A stretch of DNA of 64,000 bases from Utricularia gibba (Eukaryota; Plantae; Magnoliophyta), in the NCBI GenBank assembly GCA_002189035.1, contig NEEC01000015.1, forward strand, positions 2,480,001-2,544,000, written 5' to 3'. Made by a program: the position numbers and the translations under genes. Below the pieces are notes generated by a model. It ran no database searches. It saw nothing but the letters and a program-made list of their open reading frames with translations, and was not told where the DNA came from. Of this stretch, positions 51,690 to 63,930 are shown one piece after another (position 1 is the stretch's first letter; every line of letters starts with the position of its first letter).

Positions 51690-52657
51690 AGACCAATCAA
51701 CTGCCGAAAAATGGGTACTAAACCCAATGCCTGTCGACTCAAATTCACCTGCAAGTAAATGAAATCTTTGATTGGTTATGTTTCTTAAAAATCAATGTTT
51801 GAAAAATAAAAATTAGGTCTTTACATCTTCTTAAAAATAAAAAATATTCATGAATTTATGATTTTTTTGTAACAGAATTCGCTCATTTTTTAATAAAACT
51901 ATTTTTAATAGTTTTTTTTTTCAAAAATAGAATTTGTTTTAAACATAACTTCAAATTTTAGTTTATGCTATATTTGATTTATTTAAAACGTGCCCTTTAT
52001 TTATTTGTATAAAAATAAAAAAAAAACTAGACAAAAATTGAATATATTTGATAGAGAATATTATATAATAAATAATTATTTAGCATATAAAAAAATTTCA
52101 AAATGTTTGTACCAAGTATAATATTCTTTATTATAATGTAGTTAAATGAGTAAGTGTTCGAAATATTTAATCTCTATATATTTAATTTATGCATCTTATT
52201 CTTAAAAAAAATGAAATAAGAAATTGTAAATTCATGTAATCGGATCACCTACAGTTAATGAGAGTGTTGAGTGGGGCATGCCCTAATTGAAGGAGGTAGG
52301 TGTAGGTAAGGTAATTAATTACTGACGACGTGAAAATGCATGGTGTGTGCGTCCACACGTCAATCCCCTCCGCCTCCATCGTTCCTTTGGCTAGTCTCCC
52401 TACACGTGGAGCTCTCAGGAGACGCCACGTACAGCCGGGCATCTCCAAGCATCGCGCCACATTCCTTAGTTATTATTCATTTTTACTGCCTACGAGTTGC
52501 AACTTTGACAGCAACGAAAAAAAAAGGAACAGTTCCAATTTGGGTTTCTATCCGGGTCCGGGTCGGGTGGAATGAAAGGAGGAGATGGAGAGTTGTGGTA
52601 CTTTTCTGCAGCGCAAACCTGCATTCCGGGAGCTTCTTTTTCTTATCTCCGTCCCGC

Positions 52658-52664
52658 TATAAAT
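52658..52664 (+). promoter_or_regulatory. TATA box of the MYB gene
   Basis: CTATAAAT about 60 bp upstream of ATG 52723; G-box CACGTG at 52403-52408. Confidence 0.55.
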
Positions 52665-52722
52665 GCTACATGTCCACAGCGCAGCAAAGACGCGAAAAGG
52701 TGAAAGCTTTCGAGTGCGTGCG

Positions 52723-53450
52723 ATGGGGAGATCTCCGTGCTGCCCCAAAGTTGGACTCAGACGAGGTCCCTGGTCCACGAAGGAAGACGCTCTTCTTTCG
52801 AGCTACATTCAGCAGCACGGCGTGGGCCGATGGCGATCCCTTCCCGAGAAAGCCGGTTGGTCTACTTCTGATGTATTCAATTTTAAGATAATTGTTATAG
52901 TGGCGTGACAGTTGTATTGTGTGTCTGGGCAGGTCTGCTGCGCTGTGGGAAAAGCTGTCGGTTGCGGTGGATGAATTATCTCCGGCCGGGAATAAAGCGG
53001 GGCAACATGAGCGAGGCGGAGATCGATCTCATCCTGCGCCTCCACCGTCTCCTGGGGAACCGGTGGTCACTTATAGCGGGGCGGATCCCGGGTCGAACTG
53101 ACAATGAGATTAAAAACTACTGGAACACGCATCTCCACAAGAAGACGACCACGTCGCCATCCAGACACAAGGAGTTCGTGAAACCAGAAGGTGGACGCAA
53201 TAGCATCAGTAGCAGCAAGAATGATAACAGTGCCACTCAGGGGACGAAAATTTACGCCCCAAAGGCGATTAGGATTTGCGCCTCAACCAGCGTCAAAAAA
53301 TTGCAGCCGTCACCGCCGCCGCCGCAGCCGCCAGTGGAAGTTGAAGAGGCGGATTTACTGGGGCTGGGTTGGGGAATGCCGCCGGAATGCGCCGGCGACG
53401 AGAGAATGCTGGGGAAGGTGTACGACGAGTATCTGCAGCTTCTGTATTAA
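52723..53450 (+). CDS. R2R3-MYB transcription factor, MYBPA1-like (flavonoid/proanthocyanidin regulator clade), 2 exons
   Basis: [24 protein letters not shown]|[24 protein letters not shown]..; bHLH-interaction motif [20 protein letters not shown]; C-terminal [10 protein letters not shown] and [12 protein letters not shown] resemble the MYBPA1 motifs KVHLPKPVRV and LEKLYEEYLQLL. Confidence 0.85.
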
Positions 53451-54143
53451 TGGACCTCGTCCTTTCGCTTTTCGCATTATCATTCATTAGTAATATCATT
53501 ACACCATTTTAAAAAAATATTTCCAAATATGGCAAACTTGAATACAACTATTTAAATTTTATGGAATATTAAAATTTCGAATTTTTAAAACAAGATATGT
53601 TCAAAACTTTGAATTTAAATTTTGAATATTACTAAAAAAATGTAAAATTAAATTAAAAATGGACTAATTTGCTCATAAGTCACTGAATTTTCAAATCGAT
53701 TTTCCAGAAATACATTGTATTTGATTAGTAATACTTTAAGATAATTTTAATAAATAAATTCAAAAAAATTTTAATCAAAAAAATGTTTGGAATCTTTTAC
53801 TCATTAAAATATAATTTTTATTTCTTTTTATTATAAGGGGTACTTTATATAGATGAAGAAATAAAGTGTATGAAATATAATATTTTATAGTTCCTTTTAT
53901 TCAAATATCGAAAATCGTCTGCTGATAACAATCCGCCGGAGAGATGCTACGCCACCACCCACAAGCGTCGCCGACTCCTTGGATTCCGATTCGCAACGGT
54001 AAGCTTCTGAAAGTGTGTAATTGAGCTACCCGTGTTAGTATCTCTAGGGTTCGGAAATCTGAAGTTCTCGTTAAGACTCAAGTACTTGCTTTTCTGAAAA
54101 AAGAAAAGAAACCGTTAGTATAGTATTTATCCGTCGGAACCGA

Positions 54144-56019
54144 ATGTATGCTCTGGGCGTCTCGTTGGCGAGCTTTTTTCTTGATTCTTTATCAATTGGC
54201 GGTAAATACTCTGCTTCATGTATTGGATGCTCGCGTAAACATTCAGGAGCTGGGGTTGGCGCATTGGAATTTAAATCCGCTCAAGTCCCGCGTCCAAGGT
54301 CATCCCTCTGCGAGCTCAAGGTTTCGTTTTTTTTTTCTTTTTCTACGGATGAAAAAATGATATCAATTGCAACCCAGCTGTTTTCAAATTGAAATGCTTG
54401 CTGTACTTCCTTGTTTTGCAAATAAACCGGAAACACCGCTCCAAGCACATAACTTTATTCCATTGTTTGCATGTTTATCCCGCCGCATTTGATGTATTTC
54501 GCTTCTAGATAGTCAATGGTTAGTCAAGAGGACGATAGCAAAAGATTGCCTCTTACTGGGTTTAAGTGGCGGGTGGTAATCTCATATGATGGAACTCGCT
54601 ATTCAGGTTCTCGTCCTTCAGTTGGTTTTCTCCTTCCCCTCTTTCTGTGCGCTTTCTTGCGTACCTACTTTCACCATACTTGCTGAATCATCCTTGTCTT
54701 TCGTGTATCTGTGATCTTCTACATAACTTTTGGTTAGCCTAATTACACATTTTTTCCTCTTTTATTATGTTTGGTGCAATCTCTGCAAGTTTTTATGGGC
54801 ATTGTGGTTTCAACGTGTACTATCTTTATGCTTTTTCACTAGTGAATGATTGAAGCTTGCCTTGAAGTTGGAACTTTATCTTGTGGTGTCCTTCACAACT
54901 CACATACTTTTTTGTATAGTTAAAAATCTTCGGTAAGTATGATGATTAAGGTTTTGTAATGTAGGATGGCAGTATCAGCAGTCAACACCAACAATACAAT
55001 GCATTCTGGAAGAAGCCTTGACTCAGATTACGAAATTAAGGCGGCATCAACTGTGTTTGGTTGGAGCAGGCCGCACAGATGCTGGGGTGCATGCTTGGGG
55101 TCAGGTCTGTTCATGGTTAACAATCTCACTATTCATAAAAAAAAAAAAAAAAGAAGAAGATGCAAACATGGCCTTCCTTCCCAGGTGGCTCACTTCATCA
55201 CACCATTCAACTACCATAGCTTGGATGAAATTCACAAGGCATTGAATGGAATTCTGCCCCCTGATATAAGAATCCGAGAAATAAGATCTGTGGTACCTGA
55301 TTTCCATGCCCGGTTTTCTGTTAAAAGCAAGATTTATACTTACAAGATATACAATGATACTGTCATGGATCCATGCCTCAGAAACTATGTTTATCATAGC
55401 GTCTACAATCTCAATCCATCTGCAATGAGGGATGCTGCTAAACATTTTGTTGGAATTCATGACTTCTCTGCTTTTGCTAATGCTTCTCGCAATGATCGCA
55501 CCCCAAATCCCGTGAAGAATATCCTTTGCTTCGATTTGTATGAAATGGTATGCCTCAACCCCAGTAATCTCCACTACTTTTCGTTTATGCATGAAGCTAT
55601 GCAAATGAGATGGCATCAATGTTTCCCAGGGGCCTGTTTTGCAGCTGCATGTTGAAGGTTCGGGTTTTTTGTATAGACAAGTTCGTAACATGGTAAAATT
55701 TGTAACCTGTTTGGCTGCTTTCTCGTTTGGAGTTTTCTTACGAAAATCTTATCCCCCATTTCTTCTTATTCTCCTACAGGTAGCCTTGTTGCTTCAAGTA
55801 GGAAGGGAAGCAGTTCCACCTTGCATTGTTTCTGAAATTCTGGAATCTCGGGATCGGAAGGAGCTTGCAAAATATGCCTTCTCTGTCCCCCCTCACGGTC
55901 TTTGTCTTCACTCAATCAGATATAATGAAGATCATCTTCGCTTTCCACCGGATTCTCCAGCAGCTAGTGTGGGCAGGCCTCATACGATTACCAAGTGTAA
56001 GCTTCCTCATTTCGGCTAG
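54144..56019 (+). CDS. truA-like: tRNA pseudouridine synthase, TruA family; first exon (54144-54320) tentative, alternative start ATG 54516
   Basis: KWRVVISYDGTRYSG|WQYQQSTPTIQ..GAGRTDAGVHAWGQ|VAHF..FHARFS..HDFSAF..|GPVLQLHVEGSGFLYRQVRNM|VALLLQVG..VPPHGLCL; the catalytic RTD motif is intact. Confidence 0.9.
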
Positions 56020-56353
56020 TTCTTGCTGCAATGTGTGACCTTTTTAAGTACATGATCTTTACCATTTGTCAGTCCCCCGGAAACGGACTCCTGTTGTGTG
56101 ATAAACATACACAAAATTGAACCAGAGAGTTCTAAATAGATGCAAAGGCACCCTTTCCAGTATTGCTGTTATCCATAACATTAATGATAAACCACTGTAG
56201 AAACCGGACGGTTCTCAGTGAATGCAACATGGAAATGTGGGAAACAGAAAGTTTCTGAATGAAGTTTCAGACGGTTCACTAGATGGTTTCTTCTACTGAG
56301 TATCCATCTTTCCCATTATTGTGCTGCTAATCAGGACAGCAAGCAGCATCATC

Positions 56354-59004
56354 CTATGAACACTGTAAGTCCAAGCTCTCAGACCATCCATACGCCTCCA
56401 GGAATGCCAATACTACGCCGTTGGTCCAACCAAACCCAGTCTTCAACAAACAACAGCAAAACAAGGAGATTGTGAAGTTGGCCATTTTGTTAATTCATTG
56501 CATGTAGTATGTTATTTTTGTTGAGATGAAAAGGTAGGCACGTACTTGGGGTATATACTCGCCACCACCGCCATATTCACCACATTTCCGAACGTCGTAC
56601 TTCTCATGCATCACTCCTGTCTTCTTGTAAGCAGCATAGTTTGTCCTGATCCATTTGTTGGCAATGTCTTTAGCCATGGCCCTTGCTGTTTCTGATCCAG
56701 TTTTCCACAGCCCCTCCACGATCACGTGCTGAAGAGGTGCCCATCCATTAGGAAAATCCCTGCGAATGGTAACAGGATCAAACAAAAAAGCCATCACAGC
56801 ACAAGTTTCTGTGCAATTGGAGTACCATTGTTGACCAGAGTTTATCAGAGAAGTTGCAATTCCGGCAGGGCAGATAAGGCCTGAGCTGTCCAGAGCACTA
56901 ACGACTTTCTTCACAATCTTGTCATCTTCATAGTCAAACAGATGATATTACAAAGTAAATTACATAAAGCATTCAGATTTAAGAAACCTGAGTGGAATGG
57001 CTGAATCCACAAGGGTATGAAGTTGGATGCAAAACTCTCGCGGTTCTGTCCCGATTCTTCCCACTCATGAACCTTCTTTTTTAAGGCAAGGGAGATTGAT
57101 AAAAAACAGTAACCAACAAAAGGGTGTAGATTTGATGAAACACCGTCACCTTTTCGGGTTTGAATCAGTCAACCAGTAATCTAGCCACTGTCCCATTTCG
57201 GAATTCCACAGAATAGAATCGATAGCCAGTTTCCTAGCCTTGGCAGCCTTCATGAAATGTGAAGCTGTGGTAGCATCTCCGGTAGTCTTTGCCAGTGAAA
57301 CTATGTCAATTTCCATCTGGAATTCATTAAAAAAAACATAACGAATCAAGCAATCAGATCAGCTCTCTATGCAGGAGGTTTCCTTATTTTACCTTGAGAA
57401 TGAAAGCATTCAAATCTACAGGTATGATTGATGTTGTAGCAAGAGTGGCAAGATCAGAGTCATTCCTGCAAAGATGGGCGACCCACAGAAGGATACAATA
57501 TTACTTGGTTTCCAGACACCTTATACACATGAAACGGAGTAGTAGACTCAAGTAAATATTGAACAACACCTCATCCATCTGGAGCTGAAGTCCCACCCTG
57601 ATTCAGCAGCAGATGCAATGTTACGATATAAACAACTTCTGTCGGTCTCATTCAAGACTTTTCCAGCTGTTTCCTCGTCCTGAGCGACAAATTAGTTGAT
57701 CTTCAAACAAGCAGAAGAGAAAAATAAACACTTCTTCTTTGAAATGGGAGTTCTTACATGAGTTGCAGACTCAGGGCGAGGCTGGTTCCACATGGCATTA
57801 TATCGACTTAGCCTGTGAGTCGACCCTTGTGCATCCCGAATAACCAGCTCGTGAAACCCTTCAAATGAAGAAACAATTCAAGGATGAAAAAACCCCAATA
57901 GATGTACCAGTAAAAACACCAGGCATTCAAAAACTAGTACCAGATGTCCAAAACTCGTGTTCTTTTATCAGTAATGGAAGTGATTTCATCACCAGTTCGA
58001 CGTCTCCAGTTCGAGTATATACATCCATAACCATTGAGCTCAGCAGGGGAGGTTGGCTTACAGATAATGAGACAATGATGGCATTTTTCATCGTGATGGA
58101 TAGATTAAAATCACAGAAGTTGTGGAGAACACCTCAAAAATTACCTTCTGTTGGTATAGTAGATCCGAGCACCATTGAGAACATGGCCATATCTTTCAAT
58201 CAACGAAAGGAGATTGTATACTATTCCCTTTGCTGTTTCACACATCTTGCTCGCTAGCAAACCCCTAATCACCACAAAAACTCATAAAATTATCACTTGG
58301 TCATCTGGTCACAACACGGGTCATCAAGAAACACAAAGTTTCTTTTTTGTGTTTGTATATCGCTAAATTCATCTGTGGAGAAAATTTTGAAACCGGGAGC
58401 TCTCTTTAACTAAATAAAAGAAGCATCCAAGATCGCCTATAAATCACCTGATTACCCAGTAAGAGTCCCAGTAGTAGACTTCGCGGAATCTGGATCCGGG
58501 CACGATTCCTGTGTTATCTAAAGGAATCAGCGTGTAAGATTCCGGATTCTCAAGAACCCGATTTGAAGTCCTCCGGCTCAGGCTCTTCCAGAGCCCATGC
58601 AACTCGAGGGCCCAATTGCGAACCTTAATGTTCTCAACTTCCGGCAAGAAATCAGCGGGTTCCTCCACGAAATCCACCGGTTCCGCCGCCTCCAGTCCAT
58701 CCTCTGGTTCGCCAAAATACTCTCCAATGAACTTGCTCAGTGCCCCTTCCTCAAAGCCACTACTTTCGCTCAACTGAAGCTCGTCGAATGCGGCAGCTGT
58801 CGTGGCAAGGCTTCGCTTAAGCGACAGGTCCACGTAGAGCTTGGGGTCGAAGTCATTGTCCCCACCGTACGTTCGGTACGCCGCCCCCTGAAGCCGCTCA
58901 AGAAATTCAACGAGTGGCGACGCCGCCACGACGGGGCCGTCGTTGGCCGAACATACGACGGATGTGAGCGAAAGGATTGGAAGAAGCATTTCTGCCATTT
59001 CCAT
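56354..59004 (-). CDS. TRE1: Trehalase (glycoside hydrolase family 37), 11 exons; probable 1-nt deletion near 57151-57158
   Basis: FDPKLYVDLSLK, VPGSRFREVYYWDSYWVIR|GLLASKM, NGARIYYTNR|SQPPLLS, AAESGWDFSSRWM, IPVDLNAF, W|DFPNGWAPLQH, MHEKYD..GGGEYIPQ|TGFGWTNGVVL. Confidence 0.95.
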
Positions 59005-59844
59005 AGGCAATGAATGAACAAGTATCCCTCTGGATACTGTTTAATCTGACCAGACGAACCTCGACAACCTGCATGGACCACCAATCGTGGAAGTTTCTAC
59101 TTTTGAGTACTAAAATACACAACGTGTCGGTGAGATACGGACTTATTCGGGCCGCACTGTTCTTATAGGCCCAACTATAAAATGGGCCAAGAAAATGTAA
59201 AAGAGGCTCACGAATGATGAAGAACAACCATAACGTTGAAATATTCAATCCCCTAGATATATGAAAACATGAAATTTGGCTTCACGGCACCGGCGGCTGA
59301 TTCTAGAGCTTATAACATGATTTTAAATTCCATCATCCAAAATTTATACATATGGGTAATAAGGGTGATTGCGAAATTCGGTATTTCAATCGAAATCTGA
59401 AATCCGAAATTTTGTCGAATTTCAAACATTGGTTTATGAACGCAAGGGAGCTAAGAAGTGTAGTGATATAAACATAGGGAGGGAGGGGTTCCCACATGGT
59501 ATATTTTTAATCGTGTGCAACACACGAATTAATCATAGATTTAAAGGTAAAGTGCACAAAGTCTTCGTCTATGGTCGACTAGTCTACACTACCGGAATTG
59601 TTGAGGTTGCCTCCAAGACTGTGACAAAAGAGCAGCAGCAGCAGGCCTTGAAAATCTACGCGTTCAGACACACTTTTGACGTCGGGGCGTCCAAGAATGG
59701 GACCTGCGACGTGTGGGAGGGCCGACATGCCCATGAAATTCCGGAATTAATGCTCGAATAGCGGCCCATCAAGAAGACTCAATGGAAAGTCTCGACGTGT
59801 GGGCCCAACCGCCAACGCCCAGTAGAATTCCAGTGCTTGAATAC

Positions 59845-59851
59845 TATATAA
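59845..59851 (+). promoter_or_regulatory. TATA box of the PMEI gene
   Basis: TATATAA about 75 bp upstream of ATG 59922. Confidence 0.5.
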
Positions 59852-59921
59852 TTGTGACTCCCGGGAGGTTTGTTTGCAGCGGCGAGGAGGAAAGGGGAAG
59901 TTGGTGTGGAGGAGGAAGAAA

Positions 59922-60485
59922 ATGGCTGCTGCTTCGTCTTTCCCTTTGCTCCTTTGCTTCTTCTGCATTTTTGGTATTGCAGCGGCGTCGCAGTCAAGCT
60001 TCATCGTTCAATCGTGCCGCGCCACGAGATACCCGATCATCTGCGTGCGATCACTGCTCAGCCATTCCTCCGCCATACAGAGGAATCCGCAGCAAATCGC
60101 CTCCGCCGCTCTTGCCGTCAGTTTGCAGACAGCCCAATCGGCGGAGGTGTTCATTTCGAAATTGGCGAAGCTCCCTGGGCTGAAGCCACAGGAACGTGCC
60201 GCCGCGCGGGATTGCGTGGAACTGCTGGCGGATAGCAAGGATCGGCTGAGCAAATCGATCGAGGAGATGAAGATCGCCGGGCGGGTCAAGGGATCCGAGC
60301 TGTCGTGGAGGATGAGCAATGTGCAGACGTGGGTCAGTACCGCGCTCACGGATTATAACACTTGTATGGATGGGTTTTCGGGTCGAGCTTTGGATGGCCG
60401 GCCGAAGAGATCCGTGCAGGCGTGGATGCTGAACACCGTTCGTGTCACCAGTAACGCCCTTGCGCTCTGCAATCGCCACTATTGA
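59922..60485 (+). CDS. Pectin methylesterase/invertase inhibitor (PMEI, 21-kDa-protein type), intronless
   Basis: Signal peptide; FIVQSCRATRYPIIC..ALAVSL..AARDCVELLADSKDRLSKS..MSNVQTWVSTALTDYNTCMDGF..VTSNALALCN, with the four conserved Cys. Confidence 0.92.
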   Translation: MAAASSFPLLLCFFCIFGIAAASQSSFIVQSCRATRYPIICVRSLLSHSSAIQRNPQQIASAALAVSLQTAQSAEVFISKLAKLPGLKPQERAAARDCVELLADSKDRLSKSIEEMKIAGRVKGSELSWRMSNVQTWVSTALTDYNTCMDGFSGRALDGRPKRSVQAWMLNTVRVTSNALALCNRHY

Positions 60486-60776
60486 GGTGGTGTTTTCCGT
60501 TTTCCTTTGCTTAGTTGCACCGGCGGTGCTGTAATCGGGCCCTCATCCACAGAGACCCTTACCAAGATAGGAATATATATGTAATCAAAAGTGATTCAGG
60601 AAAACCATACCCAAGTTCTGAGGAAATTAATGAAAACAAGAGTTGGGATGTCAAACAAGAACACAAATCCGCAGAAAATGCAGACTGAAGTTACTGGACG
60701 TTACCAGCAACTCTACGCAGTCTCTCCTGATAAAAGAGGAAGCATAAATGGAGGAGAAACAAACACAACATACTGC

Positions 60777-62228
60777 TCAACTCGCCTCTTCTTCAAGCAT
60801 GTGAACAACCTCAGCAACACCAGCAGCAAGCTCCTTGTTGATTGTGGGATCCGGCATGTTGAATGTTCTCCTCCGGACTGAAAGATACTTCCCAGTAGGC
60901 TGTGGATCCACGATGTCGAGAATCGTCTCAAGCTCGTCCACCATCGATTTTTTAGCAGCTCGGACCATCAGATCAGCACCCTGATTCAAAGACAAATGTC
61001 TCGCTCACGTTTAGTAGTTTAAAGTTTGAACATGAAGCAGCAAATGTGTTGTTTAATTGTGTTACCTCAATGGCGTCAACGGTGAGAAGCAAGACGATGA
61101 TCTTTTCAGAAAACCGCTGGCGCTCTTCAGCATCCTTCACGAGACGGCGACGGTAAGTGAAGTTGTTGAAGAAAGATCTGATCTCCTTCAACTTGTTCTT
61201 GGCTATAGCAAGTTCCCTTAATGCACGTAGCGCCTGAGACCTCCGGATAAGGTAAGCCCTGAATGTCCTCTGAATCAGAGCTGCTGAATCTTGCAGAGAT
61301 AGTTCTTTCACGGTGCCCCTTCTCTTAACAAAAGCCTGCCATTTATTTCAAAACCATCCAAACGTCAAGCTTCAAGCGCCATACCAACAAATTACGCACA
61401 AAATCTCAGTAATGCAATTTCTATATGAATCAACACCAGATCTAGATATTTCTAAAGCGGCGAATTTTCGCAATGAATCATAGATCTCAATGGCAGGAAT
61501 TTCCCACATATTTGCTTGCACGAAAGCAGAAAAGCTAAAGAAAAAGGAGGAACCTTTCTCAGAACAATGGCTCCATGTCTTGAAGGCTCTTCAATCTCAA
61601 TGAGACGAGCAGTAGAGGTAGAAGCTACTGCTTTCCCTTTCTCCTTCGACTTGTCAACTTTCTTCTTCTCTTTACTGCCCTTCCCTTCGGTTAACTCGAC
61701 GGTGTAGGTGTGTTCAATGGGTAAACCGCCAGCGCTCTTCCCTTTGATCTCAGCGGTCCATTTAACATTCCCTTTCTTCCCATCCTTAATTTCCCTTGCC
61801 AATTTGTACTTCCGCTCCTTCTCCGGGCCCTTAAACTCCGCCGTCCAAGTGTACTTCCTATCTAGAGGCTTCTCCTCCGCCAAAACCAAACGATCAAAGC
61901 CCAGCTCCAAAGCTGAAACCCTATCGCTCAAGGCTCGTAAATATAAATCTTCAGGGGCAGCAAATCTGCGAGCCCCTACGCGGAGGGTGGTCCGGTGAAA
62001 CGGCGTTTCGTCGATCCGAATCAGATCGGTTATAGTCTCCAAGTCATCAACCAAAACCGAGCGCTTGGATGGGAAGCTGAGCAGATCTAGAGCGTAGTCG
62101 AGCTCGTCTACAATGGCGCTCGACTGGAAAAAGGGGTTCGAAACTAAAACTCTCGGCGCTGCAAAAACGGAAGCTGTTTCGCGAAGAGTATAGAATGGAG
62201 AGTACTCTACAAGCTCAAATCTTCCCAT
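60777..62228 (-). CDS. BAG7: BAG7-type co-chaperone (IQ motif plus BAG domain), 3 exons
   Basis: DRVSALELGFDRL..DRKYTWTAEFKG..HGAIVLRK|AF..AALIQRTFRAYLIRRSQALRALRELAIAK..ERQRFSEKIIVLLLTVDAIE|GADLMVRAAKKSMVDELE..RRRTFNMPD..EVVHMLEEEAS*. Confidence 0.92.
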
Positions 62229-62787
62229 TCTGCGAAATCGCACTTCAACAAAGCGCCTTTCCGATGTGGATAAAGAGAGGGTAGAAGACGATGATCTCGT
62301 CAAAACAAAGAAATCTCTCAAGGCCAGCCCCGGCTGATTATAGGGGGCGCAGCTGGAATTCCAGTAAAAAACTAGGGGTAAATGCGTCATCCCTGGTTCC
62401 AATAGTGAGGTCAATGATTGCGTTTGTGTTTCGCCGCGGTTTTGAAATAAACATATTTGGACGAAAAAGGGCCTATTGATTACGGATTAAGGATTTCCCT
62501 TTTTTATTATTTAATAAAATTTGGATATCCACGACAAAAAGAGATTGATTCCCTTTGCAGGCGCATGTGATTTCTGCGCAGTACAGTAAGTCTATTTAAT
62601 CCAAAAAATAATAATTTTATCGGACGTTCATGGACCACCGTCCAGGTGACCCAAAATCAGCCCAATCAAACACAAGCCCAGAAATATAAACCAATTAGCG
62701 GCAACCCCGCCCGCCTCTTTCAACAGTACGGATCGCGATTCTTCAACTAGTCTCTACCATCGAGCGCCTTCCTCCCGATTCTTCAAG

Positions 62788-63930
62788 ATGAGCTCTGAAA
62801 ATGGGGTTGGAACCTCCATTCCATTGTCTTCCAAGAAATCGGAGAAGCGTAGAGGCTAGAGGTATTTGTTTTTCCTTATTTTCTATGATTTCAGACGTAT
62901 TCAAAATCGACGCCTCGGATCAGTACTTCTGTGATGAATCTGTTTCGCTTTTGAATGAAGGTCCTTAGAACATCTGGTATATTGTTTTTGCTCACGCATT
63001 GCTCTTCCTAGATGTTCGTTTCTTTTGTATATTCTTTGATTGTTTAATGTTCGGATCATGTCAATTCTTATAGTTCTTGGCGTGACGCGTATTCTGATCG
63101 GCCTGAGCTACTTGTCTACTTCTGATTATGTGAATCTCTACATAATCTTCTGTCTCTCCATGTGAATAGTTTTAAAACTTTAGACTACGCTATTCTGAGG
63201 TTTCTACACTTGAATGTTCTTGGATACATTGTTCAGATGCTGTTTGTTGTGCACTTTTAGATGGATTTCAATGTCTGTAATGTTGGATTTCTATACTTGT
63301 AGGATGCATCTCCGCAAGTGTTCAAGATCGTCATGAAGTGAACGGGAAGAGGATTGAATTTATTCAGGATGACAAGCACAGCGAAGAGGCGCGCATCCCG
63401 AACTCAAATCCCGATGATCTTTTTATTTCATTTCGATTTCCTACTCTATTTGAATTGGGGGTGGACAACTTGATGAGAGTATTCCTCGAAGTTTCCTCCA
63501 ACAACACTTTGAATGAAGTATCCTTCTGTTTCGAAGGGTTGCATGCAGTGCAGCAGTTGAACTAGCAAGAGGGTCTCCTGGTGTGGACGAGAACAGCAGC
63601 ATTTCCAGCATTTCAAAAGTTATATGGAAGGATTGAAACCGACATCCAGAAGCACGACAAGATTAACGTGGAAATCGGAGCAACTACAAGTATAACCCCT
63701 ATAGATTCAATGTCATAAAGGATCTGGTGATGTCAACAACATGGATAGGGAGGAACAATGACTCCCAAGGAATGTCTGGCTGCCTTCTCATTCCTATTGC
63801 GTAATCACCTTGTACCTCACCAGGCCAAGGTAACTTACTCCAACTATTGATTCAGAGGGTGTCACTAGTGCATAAATGTCTATGATTCGTTGGTACGCAG
63901 GCCTCTGGAAGACCCTGCATAACTCTATTG
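62788..63930 (+). pseudogene. ALIS (pseudo): Degenerate ALA-interacting subunit (ALIS, CDC50/LEM3 family) pseudogene
   Basis: Fragments in collinear order: SILIVLGVTRILIGLSYLSTSD (TM1), KRIEFIQ, LN*QEGLLVWTRTAAFPAFQKLYGRIETD (cf. [27 protein letters not shown]), YRFN..KDLVMSTTWIGRNND, ITLYLTRP|RPLEDPA*LYW (cf. KPRxLGDPSYLSW). Nonsense codons at 62857, 63563 and 63920, several frameshifts, central region missing. Confidence 0.8.

Noticed and set aside
52856-52932. MYB gene has only one intron instead of the usual two
   Set aside because: As I recall, a two-exon structure is normal for the MYB5/MYBPA1-related clade, so it is not evidence of lineage-specific intron loss.
53121-53142. Candidate miR828 site in the WNTHL-coding region
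   Set aside because: About six mismatches, including position 10 and the seed region; not a credible target.
57484-57496. GTATCCTTC on the minus strand inside a trehalase intron (U12-donor-like)
   Set aside because: It lies internally in an ordinary GT-AG intron whose U2-type ends give the correct protein join; similar hits in XPT (45463-45470) and near 63518 are not at usable exon ends.
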